A model generated the notes under the pieces. The model was not told the origin of the DNA. It searched no databases and worked only from the letters and a program-made list of their open reading frames with translations. A stretch of 64,000 bases of DNA from assembly GCF_963676685.1 (NCBI RefSeq), contig NC_092352.1:44144001-44208000 (forward strand), written 5' to 3'. This document shows positions 12,076 to 25,765 of this stretch, piece by piece. Numbering within the stretch: the first letter of the stretch is position 1; every line of letters begins with the position of its first letter. Origin of the DNA: Mytilus edulis (Eukaryota). Both the position numbers and the translations under genes were made by a program.

Positions 12076-13138
12076 TCTTCGTAAAATTGATAATTGGGAA
12101 GTTGAAATTGTCCCGTTTGTCAAAGATATTAGTGTGTAGTCGTCCATTTGCGTAAATATTGACGAAAAGGTTAAGGTATAATGTATAAAGCTGACTGAAA
12201 CACAATTATACAGTGATTGGACATCATCAATACATCTGAAAGTGAAATTTAAAAATTCCAGAAAGTGCTTTTCCTCTTTGTCTTGTAGAAGGGTTCTGAA
12301 TGAATTTTGTTTATTACGTGTACAAAAACAAATCGGTTAGTGAGCACAATTAGTTCCCATTTGAATACCGATTGTCTTTTAAAATATCAATCCTCAAAAC
12401 TCAACAAATATATTTTCGATCAGAGTCTAGCATTTTGTCAAATTTATTTATGATTACCTTTATTTAAAACTTTGTTTAATGAGATAGTGAAGCCGATTAT
12501 TTAATTGACCATAAGAAAAAATAGTGTAAAACGTAGTAAAATCGAAAGTTTAATTTCGTGAAGTTTTGGTATCTAGTATAATAACGGTATATTTTGATCA
12601 CTTTCTTTAACATGTTTAATGTTAATACAAATAAAAGAAGGACCGATCCTTTATAATTCAAAATGAGGGTAAAGAATATGCATGGTTTCCAGTTTTGCTG
12701 TAAATCCTTTTGTGAGTAATCGTGTTACATATGAAGACTAATCTGCTTGAACAACGACATATAGTTGTCGTGCAAAGAGGATAAAGTATCTTCATCTTCC
12801 TGATTCTTGAATACATAGATGGGTTATCTGGTATATCAATTAAAAAAAGGAGAATTTTCATAAATCAAAGGATAACTTACAAACAATTTGCAGCATATAA
12901 TTATACTTATCCATAATTCTGATATGACGTGTTTCAGTCGCTTTGTAAACAACACTGTGATAAAATTCTCGATATATCTATACTTAGCACAGACTCATAG
13001 ATATTCATAATAATGGTTGTTACAATATACTTCCCACGTCAATCTACATGAATTAGAACCTATTTGCAGACTCTTTGCCGATTTTATTGATTTAAAAAGT
13101 GCAATTAAAAAAAGACAAAATAACTGTTATTCGTATTC

Positions 13139-13448
13139 GTCGTAACTACAATCCTCTTCCCTTTCATGAATGTGACCTACCGAATTAGACCATTTACCGG
13201 ATTTGTTATCACATAAGCAACACGACGGGTGCCACATGAGAAGCAGGATCTGCTTACCCTTCCGGAGCATCTGAGATCACCCCTAGTTTTTGGTGAGGTT
13301 CGTGTTGTTTATTATTTAGTTTTCTATGTTGTGTCATGTGTACTATTGTTTGTCTGTTTGTCTTTTTCATTTTTAGCTATGGCGTTGTCAGTTTGTTTTA
13401 GATTTGTGAGTTTGACTGTCCCTTTTGGTATCTTTCGTCCCTCTTTTA
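13139..13448 (+). mobile_element. 3' terminal fragment of a second PLE family
   Basis: Near-identical to 18851-19158, which directly follows PLE RT coding remnants. Confidence 0.75.
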
Positions 13449-13648
13449 TTCGGATGCATAATAAAAAGCAGTAATGTACAACAGCTCGGAGAAATCAACA
13501 AAATAAAAATAAAAATATAATTCCGCGAAAGTCTATTATTTTTTTTTTTGGCGCATTTGAGTCATTTCAAAACATGACGTCATACAAATGAAACCGCTTA
13601 AGTTGAAAGTTTTCTGTTACGTGAACCATCGAAATTCGTGTGTAGACA

Positions 13649-14065
13649 GATATAGGCAGATGTGGTGTGTGTGCCAATGAGACAACTCTCCATCTTAATA
13701 ACAATTTAAAAAAGTAAACCGTTATAGGTCAATGTACGGACTTCAACACGGAGCCTTGGCTGACACCAAACAATAAGCTATAAAGGGCCCCAAAATTACT
13801 AGACATAAGTGTAAAACCATTCAAACGGGAAAACCAATGGTCTAATCTATATAAAAAAAAAACGAGAAACGAGAAACACGTATAGATTACATAAACAAAC
13901 GACAACTACTGTACATCAGATTCCTGATTTAGGACAGGTGCAAACATTTTAATGGATCCAAACCTTCTCCCTTTGTTTTAAACAGTAGCATAAAATCACA
14001 ACATAGAAAAATACACGATAAAATATCAATTGGCAGGCTTAACTCAATCAAAAAACGTACATTAA
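13649..14065 (-). mobile_element. Non-autonomous PLE-like 3' terminal repeat
   Basis: Minus strand carries CCTGTCCTAAATCAGGA (compare 1904-1920) and the end GTTGTCTCATTGGCAC..CCACATC. Related ends at about 7675, 24735, 30190 and 45940. Confidence 0.55.
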
Positions 14066-14141
14066 TATTGTATTAAAACTGATTTTTGAGGTAGGTTTTG
14101 TTTTATTTTCTATTCTACTGCATTATTTGCATATTTACTCA

Positions 14142-14376
14142 TTTCAAAATTTTGAATATTTGAAATACTAAGGCTTTTCTACCTCCGGCATAGATAACCT
14201 TAGCTGTATTTGACAAAACTTTTAGAAATTTTGGTCCTCAATGCTTTTCAACTTCGTACTTTATTTGGCCTTTTTAACTTTTTTGGATTCGAGCGTCACT
14301 GATGAGTCTTTTGTAGACGAAACGCGCGTCTGGCGTATATACAAAATTTAGTCCTGGTATCTATAATGAGTTTATT
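14142..14376 (+). mobile_element. Retrozyme-like repeat carrying a hammerhead ribozyme
   Basis: Body shared with copies at about 2505, 19260 and 26100. Confidence 0.75.
14294..14335 (+). ncRNA. Type I hammerhead ribozyme (intact core)
   Basis: CGTCA-CTGATGA-GTCttttgtaGAC-GAA-ACGCGCGT-C-TGGCG. Confidence 0.88.
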
Positions 14377-14660
14377 CAGCAAGTCAACATGGCAGCTCCT
14401 TGGCTACGAAATGTTATCTTTGGATTTGATGGAAGCTTACGAGAAAATCATGTAAATTAAAAATGGCAAATGTTGGGTTTGAGAATTTGAAGAATTAAAC
14501 AGTTTTTTCTAGCGGTTATTCACGAAAGAACCCATGCAAGCTACGGATTTATTAAGATATTTGAGCTTTATCTAACAGGGAGTAAAAAAGATCAGCCACA
14601 CACACACCAAACCAACCCTCGCTTCAGTATTCTAATGACCATAGTTGTCCTATTAGAATC

Positions 14661-14822
14661 GAAATAACTCATGGAAGCCATAGATTGTTGGAAATTTACA
14701 CATGACCTGGGTCGTGATATTCGTTATTTTTATCCCTCACTAACGCTGAGGATAAAATTCGAATATCACGGCCCAGGCCATGTGTAAATTTCCAACAATC
14801 TATGGCTTCCATGAATCATTTC
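14661..14822. repeat. Long hairpin element
   Basis: TCATGGAAGCCATAGATTGTTGGAAATTTACACATG ... CATGTGTAAATTTCCAACAATCTATGGCTTCCATGA. Confidence 0.85.
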
Positions 14823-15459
14823 TTAAATAATGCATACGTAATAAGTATGACGTTATTATAATTACCCTCCAAATAAACTATTTGATGAGATAAATGAGTC
14901 GTACGACTGATGTTGATCAGAGAGTATCCTCAAGGAATATCATCATAAGTATCCTCTCCAATAGAATTTGCATGGAATATAACGGAGCATTACTCTAACA
15001 CAGAAACGTAAATTAGACCGACGGGAGATGAACGGTCAAGTGATATCCTTAATTCCGCCTTCACCTAGCGCCTACGAAATATTACCCTGTTATACCAGTA
15101 CGAAAAAGAAAATCGGTGTTAAAGTATGATTTTATTTTCCCTAGTAAGGAAAGTGATAGCGGGAAAAGATTTTATGTTAACAAGTTCGAATGTATTCAAA
15201 AGTGTTGAGAAATTGAGCAAAAGTTAGTATTACATATTTCCTCACTCCTTATTCACAAGTTACCATTTTTTATTCTGATAGTTCCTGGGTCCATTACTGA
15301 TTAAACTGGGAGAACCAAATTAGGTTTGAGAAGAACCACTTCTGGTAGAGCAATATATTAACACAACTAATATATAATGGTAAGTAAAAAAAATAATATT
15401 TCCTTATGTACTTGTACATATGTTCTTCATTTTAGTTTATTTCGGACACAATTATTTAA

Positions 15460-16340
15460 GTAAATAAAGGCAACAGTAGTATACCGCTGTTCAAAACTCT
15501 TGGACAGAAAACAAAAATCGGGGTAACAAACTTAAACTGAGGGAAACACATTAAATATAAGAGGAGAACAACGACACAACATTAAAATGCAGCACACACA
15601 GAAACAGACTAAGCGTTAGACAAAATCCTACATGAATTTGGGATAGATAAATGCCGTGACAAGTCTTATAGTAATGTGAATTCACACTAAAAAATAAGAG
15701 AAAACAAACGACACAACGGAAACACAACGTTAAAATGTAACACACACATAAACGAACTATAATATAACAATGGCCATATTCCTGACTTGGTACAGGTCAT
15801 TTTTAAAGGAAAAATGGTGGGTTGAACCTGGTTTTGTGGCATGCCAAACCTCCCTCTTTTATAGCCACGTGAAATATAACATTAGAATGACAACACAACA
15901 TTACAGGACTACAATAAAAATAAATAGGAGGACACAATTAACAAAGAAACACACGAATAAAAGCTAACAAAAGGCAGCAAGTTTAAAATTTTAATACGCT
16001 AGAAGTTCATTTTGTCCACACAAGACTTACCAGTGACACCAAGATACAAAAGTTTGAAAGCCGAAACAAGTACAAAGTTGAACAGCATCGAGGACCAAAT
16101 TTTCAAAAAAGTTGTGCCAAAAACGGCCAGGGTTTTCTGTTAGGTACCAGAACATCCCAATAATTTAGGATAATTTATACTTTTGCAAACAGTAAATTTT
16201 ATAAAATGGCTATACAAAAGATATACATGATAAAACTGAAGTATAAACTAATTACAGGAAACAACCGAAATACATTACATAACCCGACAAATGCATCACA
16301 AAAAATAGACACATACGAATAAGTCAAAACCTCAACGCTA
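15460..16340 (-). mobile_element. Composite non-autonomous element: degenerate hammerhead unit plus PLE-type 3' motif
   Basis: Minus strand reads GTCACTGGTAAGTCTTGTGTGGACAAAA (mutated HHR core, about 16010-16037), then CCTGTACCAAGTCAGGA (about 15779-15795). Confidence 0.6.
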
Positions 16341-16377
16341 TAGTAAACATGTTCCAGACAATATGAGTATTTTTATT

Positions 16378-16757
16378 ATACGCACATGGTCATGACCATA
16401 TGCGTATTTACTTATGGTCCTACCATACTTGTCTGGCTTCGGTAATTAACGCGGCGAACGTTGATTAGTAATTTCGTAAGATGTCATAGATTTAGAGTTT
16501 GAAAAATGAAATTGGGCTCAGATAAAAATTAGGTTATTATTTTAACGATATTAATGAAATAAAATGAATTTTTACTCACCTATATTCGAAAATGTAAACA
16601 AGATAAGGAATTTCAGTTAATAGCTTGTGCCGATTTTGGTTCAACGAACGAGCTGTGTCTGTTAAGGAAGTTTGATTTTATAATCTAAATACTTACATGT
16701 TCTGGCCTGGTAGTAATCAAACGAGTATATACTCATTTGGTCAAATCATACGCGTAT
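16378..16757. mobile_element. MITE-like element with palindromic ends
   Basis: ATACGCACATGGTCATGACCATATGCGTAT at the left; a related decayed palindrome ending ATACGCGTAT at the right. Confidence 0.4.
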
Positions 16758-16875
16758 TGTATATCTATAGTAATTATTTATTTTAAGAAATTTTTATAGT
16801 TTCGTTATTATAATGCCATTTGTATCACTGTCGTGAAAACGACAAAGATCTGTATAAACTTTAATTCATACTCAT

Positions 16876-17160
16876 AACCCCGCCGCAATTATGCAGCTGT
16901 CCCAAGTCAGGAGCCTCTGGCCTTTGTTAGTCTTGTATGATTTTTAATTTTAGTTTCTTGTGTATAGTTCGGAGTTTAGTATGACGTCCCTTATCACTCT
17001 ACTAGTATACATATCTTAAAGGGGTCAGCTGAAGGACGCCTACGGGTGCAGGAGAATCTCGCTACATTGAAAACCTATTGGTGGCCTTCGGCTGTTGTCT
17101 GCTCTGTGGTCGGGTTGTTGTCGCTTTTACATATTCCCCATTTCCTTTCTCAATTTTATC
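16876..17160 (+). mobile_element. 5'-truncated copy of the Naiad 3' region
   Basis: Aligns by eye to 1883-2166 (AACCCCGCCGCA...CTCAATTTTAT). Confidence 0.8.
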
Positions 17161-17534
17161 ATGCATTTTTAATGGTTTACCTACTGAGTAAACTTGTCAT
17201 CTTAACACATGGATTATCAAGAACAAATTTGAAAAAATACTATAAGAACCGATCCAAAAAGGGCGATACGCCGTATTTGGTTTGGCAAAATTTGTGCATT
17301 GCGTAGAATAATTGATTGTTTTATAATTTTACAAACCCCGTGGTTTGGAGGTTTTAAACGAATTGAAAAGGAAATAAACTTAAATCAGATTTGTGGTCAA
17401 GAGTTGCTGTTAAAGAAAAGCGAAAATAATTGAGAACTTTAAAATTATTTTAAAAATACGTCAAAGGAAAATGGAAATGAAATCAATTTTGTAAAATTAT
17501 GGTATCACGAGCTTATATTTATATAAATAAAGTC

Positions 17535-17620
17535 GTCATAGATACCAGGATTTAAATTTTATATTTGCGTCAGACGCGCGTTACATCTCCAAAAAAATTA
17601 TCAGTGACGCTCGAATCCCA
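17535..17620 (-). mobile_element. Degenerate hammerhead repeat fragment
   Basis: Reverse complement GAGCGTCACTGATAA...CGCGCGTCTGACG. Confidence 0.6.
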
Positions 17621-17869
17621 AAAATGTATAAGTCAGCTCTTATTTTTTAGATGAATTATCATTGATATATGGTCATTAGTACAAATTAACTGTTTACAAA
17701 ACTGATTTTTTCGAGAGAAAAAAAAAAAACAGTTGAAGGCTGTTCTACCTTAGTTGTATGTTGCTAAACCACTCGGAATTAATAATCTACAACTTTATAC
17801 TTTAGTTGACATCTTAACTTTATATAGATGAATCGTATAAAATTGTAATTCTAGTATCCATGATGAGTT

Positions 17870-19158
17870 GATTTACAGTATAAAGAAAGATAAGAAGTTA
17901 GCAATATCCTTTAACTTTACGTTCCGCTATATAGATGATGTTCCCTCACTAAATAATACAAAATTTGGCGACTATGTTGAACGAATCTATATCATCGAAC
18001 TAAAGATAAAGGAGACTACAGATATAGCTCATATATTGACTTACATCTAATAATTGACAATGAGGGTCGATTGAATACAAAACTTTACGACAAAAGAGAT
18101 GATTTCAGCTTCCCAATTGAGAAATTTACATTTCTATGTAGTATCATTTCAGCAGCACCTGCATATGGAGTATATATCTTCCAAATGATACATTATTCCC
18201 GTGCTTGTATTTCCTATCAGGAAGTACAACACTAATTCATGGTCCCATTGCTTGCTATGTTAAATTCCTCCGTTTTAAGCAAGCACGCCTCTTTTGTTTT
18301 AAGTTCCAATAAAGTGGCAATCATTGCATGTCAAAGCAATACTTTATGGTGTTCTGTACCTAAAAAATCAACAAACCTTTAATGTCATATAAGAAAGAAC
18401 TGGTTCCCGGAACTTCGGATGTACCAAAACAGGTACTTCAGATCTGACTAACAGACAAAATGTACCCTCTTTTTTAAAATTTGGTGCAGTTTTTTTTATA
18501 TTCAAATTAAAAGACCAAAAGTGTTCTACAATGATCACCAGTCTTTCAGCTTTCATTTAATACAAAAAAAACTAAATATTCTACGTATTTTGAAAGTCAC
18601 ACTCATGCGTAGGAACTATTTTGTGTTAAATATGTACTACTTTCTGGTATGTGCTTTCTGGCCGGGCCCGAATTAGTGGTTTTACACCATCATGATTTCC
18701 TTGATATAGGATGCTACTCAAAAGGATGCTATTGAACCAAGAGTTGATGAAATTGAAATCATCCCTTCCTAAATTTTACGGACGCCATTACGAGTTGGGT
18801 GACCGTCATGGAATTACCGTTTCAAAGATGATATCAGATATGTTCCTTGTGTCGTAACTACAAAACCCTTCCCTTTTCACGAATGTGACCTACCGAATAA
18901 GACTATTAACCGGATTTGTAATAACATAAGCAACACGACTGGTGCACATGTGGAGCAGGATCTGCTTACCCTTCCGGAGCACCTGAGATCACCCCAAGTT
19001 TTTAGTGGGGTTTGTGTTGCTTAGTCTTTAGTTTTCTATGTTGTGTCTTCTGTACTTTTATTTGTCTGTTTGTCTTTTTACTTTAAGCCATGGCATTTTC
19101 AGTGTATTTTGTATCTATGAGTGTGACTCTCCCTCTGTTATCTTTCGTCCCTCTTTTA
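17870..19158 (+). pseudogene. Decayed 5'-truncated PLE (second family): RT C-terminus plus 3' UTR
   Basis: FNFTFRYIDDV, RLNTKLYDKRDDFSFPI, PAYGVYI; after an insertion, LKSSLPKFYGRHYEL. Contains frameshifts and stops. Confidence 0.8.
18220..18688. mobile_element. Non-autonomous DNA transposon nested in the PLE
   Basis: Imperfect TIRs GGAAGTACAACACTAATTC / GAATTAGTGGTTTTACACC. ATCA duplicated on both flanks; removing the element rejoins the RT. Confidence 0.7.
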
Positions 19159-20929
19159 CTTTTGATCGAGGTTTCCTTCCCGATGATAATACAATCCCAG
19201 TAGTCAGTGCTCTGTTTTAACATATATAAGCATTGATATGGTCCATGTTGTTTGACAAACTTTGCATTTTTCAAAATACTGAGGCTGTTCCACACTGTAA
19301 TAGATAGCCTTAGTTTATTTGACAAAATCCTTCAAAATTCACGATCCTCATAGCTCTTCAACTTCGTCTGATATTTGGTCTTTTTCACTTTTTAAATTTG
19401 AGTGTCATTGATTTCTAGACGGAACGAGCATATAATGTAAGAGAGGAACGAAAGGTATCAGAGAGACATTCAAACTCATAAATCGAAAACCATCTGACAA
19501 CCCCATAAGAGAGGAACGAAAGGTACCAGAGAGACATTCAAACTCATAAATCGAAAACCATCTGACAACCCCATGGCTAAAAAAAATCTAATTGGTATCT
19601 ATGATAATTGCAATTACCAGTTGTTTTATAGCTACTTTTTTAACATACAATAAAAAAAGAAAAGTTTGGAAAGCTTTTAATGGGACACATCCTTGGATAT
19701 AAAATCTGATTACACTTGCTATTTCAACATTCTATGTGAGAAACAAAACTCCACCAAACAAACCCCTTCGTTCTATAAGATTGCAGTTTGCACGCCACTT
19801 CCTTAACTAGGCTTCCGAATTAAAGTGTCGATGATTCAAAAGGGACGTGGCTTCGTACTTCGAAAAAGACGACGAGAGAAATCCGGTTAAACTTAGCATT
19901 CATTTAAGAGAGTGTAAGGCCGTGTTCACACCAAACGCCGTGTACAGTAAACATGTTTACATTTGGTTTAATGTAATGTATTACCAATGTTATTACAACT
20001 GATCGGACGGAGCTTATGTTTTAATTTGCATAAGGATAGTCTATTTAAAGATGTGTGTGAAAATGATGATTGTCGTTATAATACTTATTGAATTCTAATT
20101 ACTAATCAGTGTCACCAAACGCATATACAAAAGAACTGAATGTATGATATGGGGCGATAATAAATGGCCAAAAGACATTAAATCCAAACATTCATGCAAG
20201 GTCAACTTTACCAGAGTAGGAACTTCCGATCCTAATATTTTCTCTTTCGCCTTGGTTAAGTTAAAAATGCGATACTAAGATGGCGGCGGCGACACAAACA
20301 ATTTGTTAAAGTTTTTATAAATATGTTAATAAATACGAAATGACGACTGATCTGATGATACCATTTGTGACTAAAATTCACGCACCATTGGTATCAAAAC
20401 AAGTACTAATAAACCAAAATAACGCTTATAAAAGAGTGGTGAAAGATCGAAAATAAACTGAAAATGCCATGGCTAAAAAAGAAAAAGACAAACAGACAAA
20501 TAATAGTACACAAGACACAACATATAAATTTCATGAGTCTGAATTGCATTTCTCGAAAACGATTTATGAGGGATGCTCAAACCTAAATGTTGAAGTCAGA
20601 AATATATAACATGATGAAACGTTAGCAGATGTATGACCAAGAGGGACCAACTGACCTAGATAATAAATGACCATTTATAAACCAATCTGTCAGTTAGCAA
20701 CAGCACAATTATGGATTGTTGGTGATATGTATAAACAAAATGATTATTATTAAGATAAGTTGACCCTGTTCTATGTATGTCAATTTGATACATCTTTCAG
20801 TTATGTGGAAAATTCCATGGTTTGAGATATCTGGTGATATTCTCAGGCTGATACTGACTTGTCAATCTTTTGCCGGCCATTCATATTGCTTAATCATTAA
20901 TATTGGTAGGAAAACCCAACTAATTCCAG

Positions 20930-21810
20930 TCCGGTAGACGATAGAGAGGCAGGTTGTAATAAACCGATGTTAGAATATGTACAAAATCAGGTGATAAATG
21001 TAATAGAGAGGGAGGGTAAATTAAAGGATCTGGAATCTAGAGCTGATATTTTGTCAAGCCAGGCGGTAAGTTTTACATTGAAAAGTGATAGCTTTATTTG
21101 ATGATTTATACGTCAATTCAAACAGGTCTTAGTTAAAGACAACAGTTTTCTACAATTAAGTCTCAGTTAAAAAAAACTGCTATATCATCATATGAATAGA
21201 ACACGTGTAAATATATTTAGACAATAGTAACTCAAGAATCTGAAAGTGGAAATAGTTAACGAATGATATACAATAAACCAATTACTGATCTTTTACCAAT
21301 GGTATAATCTATTTCAATTGTGATTTAACGCGTTGCAATTCCTTATACATCATGTCAATAAAGACACATGTTATAATATAAGATATCGGCACACACTTTC
21401 CATTTGCGAAACTTTACAAATCTTTGTTCAACAAAGTATATCATAGTTTGTTTTCGAGCTGAATTTGTATGGCATATTTATAACTTGGCGTTAACCGAAC
21501 AACACTCAGTCAATTATTAATTTGGGATATAAAACTATCCCCGCCCCAGAACCTTCAGTATCATAATCACTACCGAATACTTTAAGTACTATAGTATATG
21601 TTGTTTCTTTGAACTATTGAAATGTTTTTCCCTTTGCAACATTGTCTAATTTAGTTTATTCTTTTTCAGGCTAAATTTGAGATTTCAGAAGAAACTCGGA
21701 AGTCTAATAAGAAGACTTGTAAATGTGTCTGCATTATAGTATAACAGTACCTTTAATGATTATCTTAATACGTCACATAAGTGATGTTTTTTAGCCTACA
21801 GTCTAAGTGA
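20930..21810 (+). pseudogene. Degraded VAMP-like paralog
   Basis: MLEYVQNQV-INVIEREGKLKDLESRADILSSQA | AKFEISEETRKSNKKTCKCVCIIV*. Exon ends at 21065, next starts at 21670. 11-codon deletion in the SNARE motif; TAA at 21742-21744 within the TM region. Confidence 0.72.
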
Positions 21811-22504
21811 TAAGACTGAACATAATAGTGGATCATGGGGTAATTATACAGATATATCGTCAACATGGTCTAATAGAAATGATAAAATATATTTATAAAG
21901 TCAAAACTACTCGCCCAAATGAAATATAACACGTATTTACTTCCATAATTCTGGTCACCTTTATGTATTTTGCGTCGTTGTTCTTTTAATATAATTTATA
22001 TTTAGGCGAATCCCCACTTTCAAGTCTCCCAACATTTCTTGAACCTTAAAGTTGTGACAAAGCTCAAAAGTCACAGTGTGCCTTACCTACAAAAGAAACG
22101 AGTGTGCTTTTTATTTGGGTATACTTATTGTGATTTAATTTGATATTTTACAAGGTACTAGCGTATATTTTTCATTTACATAACTTCTGACCATTTACCA
22201 GGCAATCTTTTAATTGTATATATTTTTTGAATTTTGAAATTGTCATCCAGAGCTTAATAGTGGTACATTTGCTTAACTCATTTATATATGTTTCAATTAT
22301 CAGTGATGAATAAGTGTTGTATGTTTTTTTAAAGACTAAACGTTGTGTACTTAAAATGTGTACATGACTTGCTACTTCCTAGCTGTAAAATCTTAAAGAA
22401 TTCTGTGATATTGTTTATTCTTTAATATAATGTTGCGTCGTTGAATTATCCATTGCTAACGGTGTAGTTATTCAATCTGAACGTTATGAAGATTTTAGTA
22501 ATTG

Positions 22505-22745
22505 ATTGCTGGTGTACAACGCCATTTTCTATTGCCGTGGAAGTCAGTTTCTTTTATTGGTATTGGAATTCGAAAGCTTGCAATTAAATGGAGAGCACCA
22601 CCTTTGACAGAAAAACTGGCCATCCCAGTTAATTAAGATTAGATTCGAACGCTCCTTCCAGGTGCGGGATTCGAATCACAGCGTTGATAGGCTAGTTATT
22701 TTGTTCTAGTCATGAAATACTTCAGTCACTTGTTCACCGATTTCC
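22505..22745 (-). mobile_element. tRNA-SINE copy in the duplicated VAMP segment
   Basis: GTGCGGGATTCGAATCACA, homologous to 5674-5692. Confidence 0.6.
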
Positions 22746-25215
22746 CTGTTTGTAAAAAAGACTATTTATAAAATATATTGTATTGTAATTGCTTTTCACT
22801 TGATAATTAAAAAGGTTGTAAAAACTTGAATTTTTTTGATAAATTGAGTTTCATAGTACATTAGTCCGGCGGCTACAAGCATATTTCAGACGAATTGTGC
22901 ACTTCCTGCTACAAGCATGAAATTTGGCATAGGACTTCCTCAATTATTACTCTTTTAATTCAGATAGGGAGGCATTTGAAAAATTTGTAGCAGGAGGTGC
23001 ACAATTTTTCACAAAGCCGCCGTACTACATGTACGTCATGTACAGTACAAATCCATTGCATGCTTATGCTACTTTCTGAACGATGACAGACGAAATTGAG
23101 ATTCGCTGATATGTCGAATGCATCACAGAAATGTACGGGACAAAAGAAATCAGATAAAACAGTACAAACAGGGAGTCGCAATTCCGATTTGAGAATAGAT
23201 GTTTCTGGAAAACACTTATAGGAATAAAACACCATAGTTTAAAAAAACAATTAGGATTTATTTTGACTAATTTATTAAACATCTTTGTTAACACAATGCT
23301 GATGCACATTTATTCATTTTTATGATGTCTTTTTCATTTTTAGCATGGCGTTGTCAGTTTGTTTTAGATTTATAAGTTTGACTGTCCCTTTGGTATCTTT
23401 CGTCCCTCTTTTATTAAACTAAACAAAAAGCAAACGTTGTCGTATTTAACAATTGTAAACTTATTGATTGTGACTGTTTGTTATGTAACTGTTTGTGCTA
23501 TAAATTTGGGGACTTCATATTGAACTAGTAACATTTTGGTCTGTACGTTCTGTCCTCTGACTTTTATTTTGTACCTTTGACTTTTTTGACGATGAAGTTT
23601 ATTTTCGTTTACCTTTTGTCAGATCCGATGTGATTTGGACATTTGTTCCATCAATGCCAGTCTGGTTGAAACACTTCCTTTGTCCACGTTTCGTTTACCA
23701 AGATTTGAAACCTTTTTTTTTTATAGAATCTTGTTTTACTAATATCTCCTCAGCGACGTGTGTACTCATAGTTTAAATTTGGATCTGATTGAGTTAATGA
23801 TTTGCCATTGATGGTAACTATATTTATAATTGTGCTCATATACAGATTTGAACAAATGCAGTATTTCAAGGCAATATTTTGAATAGTGTGTTTGTCTTTG
23901 TTTTAATGTGTTAGTTATAGAGTCTATTAATGTCTGGTGTTATGGTTGTATTTACAATGTAAAACTATAAAACACCAGATGATTATTGACACGTATTTTC
24001 ATGATAAGATCTTAATATATGGCTTTTAAATGTTGTAATAATTTTTAACCAAATAAAAATTTACAAAATAAAAATCAGCAAATGTGTTATTTATATTATA
24101 CTTATACTATATTGCCACTATATGTGGTGTTCTCAGTACAGTAGCTACTGCAAAGCAGTATTGTTTTAGTTACAATTTTAAAGTTTAATTGAAAACAATA
24201 TGTTAGTTTAGTATTTACAGAACTGTAAATTATATATAATTCCCTGTCGCTAGGTTGTTTAGTGTATTTCAACAAGCATTTGAAAACTTACATTGAAAGC
24301 AAAATGAAAGTTGCATACAGATTTTAATTAAAAATCTGTAAACAAGATTCAAGATTCAAAGTTTTATTATCCTCAGACACAACAGTGTACAAGAGGTCAC
24401 AAATTGCACGATACCAACAGTTAAGAATGAAATATAACGGTAGTTCTTTTCACCACCGAACACCACAGAACACACCAAAAGTTTATTATTTGTCTTTTAT
24501 TGTTAAAACTGAGACTTAAATATAATATTCAAGTTTTAGTTCAACAAATCAGAAGATTAAGAGTTCAAATATCTACAGAAAACAGAAAGGGAGAGTCTAT
24601 AAAACTCCACTTTTTAAACTCCGCAGACCCCCATGATGGACAAAAGTTTCCTATTAAATCATTGACAAATGGTCGTTAAAGAAATCTGATGTACATATTT
24701 ATTTGCTGCTACTCATATATTTACAAAAAATAAGAAAATGTGGTATAATGCCAATGATAGAACTCTCCACCAGAGACCAAATGATACAGAAGTATGCAAC
24801 TATAGGACACCGTACGACCTCCAAAAGATCATTACTTCTGCAAATAAAAAAGGTAAATATGCCGAAGTATACTTACTGGGAGTGTGGTAAGATGATTAGA
24901 TCTGAATATATTACTTTTTGATAACATTTAATGTAAATTCGTCATAGATAGTCTGAAAAAAATCAACAACATGCATGATCTTTTGCAATGCCACCATATT
25001 AGTATCGAAAGAATGTGTATGATAATTAATGTTTGTAGCTTTGCTATTTAGTTATGTTTGGTTTGATTGATAACACAATCAGTATTTGTACCGATTAAAA
25101 CAAAATACACTGTTGAATCGATGCCATTTTAGAATGCGTTCATGTAAAGGATCTATGAGTTCACATTGGTCGTATTTAAAATATGATTTCTGTAAACAAC
25201 ATCAGTGTTAAATTT

Positions 25216-25765
25216 GGAGTAGGTCCGGTAAGGGCCGATTTTGGCCTCAAATTTCAGGTTCATCTGACGAAAGATTTCGGACACTTTCACTTAAGTGTCT
25301 ATGTCGGTTGATTCAATAAGTTCATGTGAAATATTTTCACTGATTTAGTTATTAAAACGCTCCGATTTAAGCCTAAATGTGAAAAATCTATCAAATATGC
25401 CAAAAATTTCACTTTTCAGATAGTTTTATGTCAAAAATGAAGGGGGATGCATCTGTGTTCATCCTCAGCCCTTATATATGTTATGTACTATCATCACATA
25501 CAACTTGCATTTTAATATTAAGAATGAAACCGTCTGAAATTTAACTAAAATGCTAAAATTGTGACGATTTCAATAATTTATAATTTTTCATAATGACTTA
25601 ATGATGCTAGTTCCCGATATATGTACATTGTATTGATAAAAACAGCCCATATTTATGTAGCAGAAGAATTCTACTTTCCAATAAATTACTGAAAGCTTAC
25701 GTTTAACAATTGTGTAAAACTGCTATATTTTGGGGCCAAAAAGGGGTCTTACTGGACCTACTCCT
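25216..25765. mobile_element. Non-autonomous TIR DNA transposon (possibly Kolobok-like)
   Basis: TIRs GGAGTAGGTCCGGTAAG..TTTTGGCCTCAAA / TTTGGGGCCAAAA..CTTACTGGACCTACTCC. Confidence 0.7.

Noticed and set aside
13166-13220. SECIS-like ATGA...stem in the second PLE family
   Set aside because: The 3' GA of the core is absent (CATAAG), spacing is too long, and the copy at about 18880 has ACGA.
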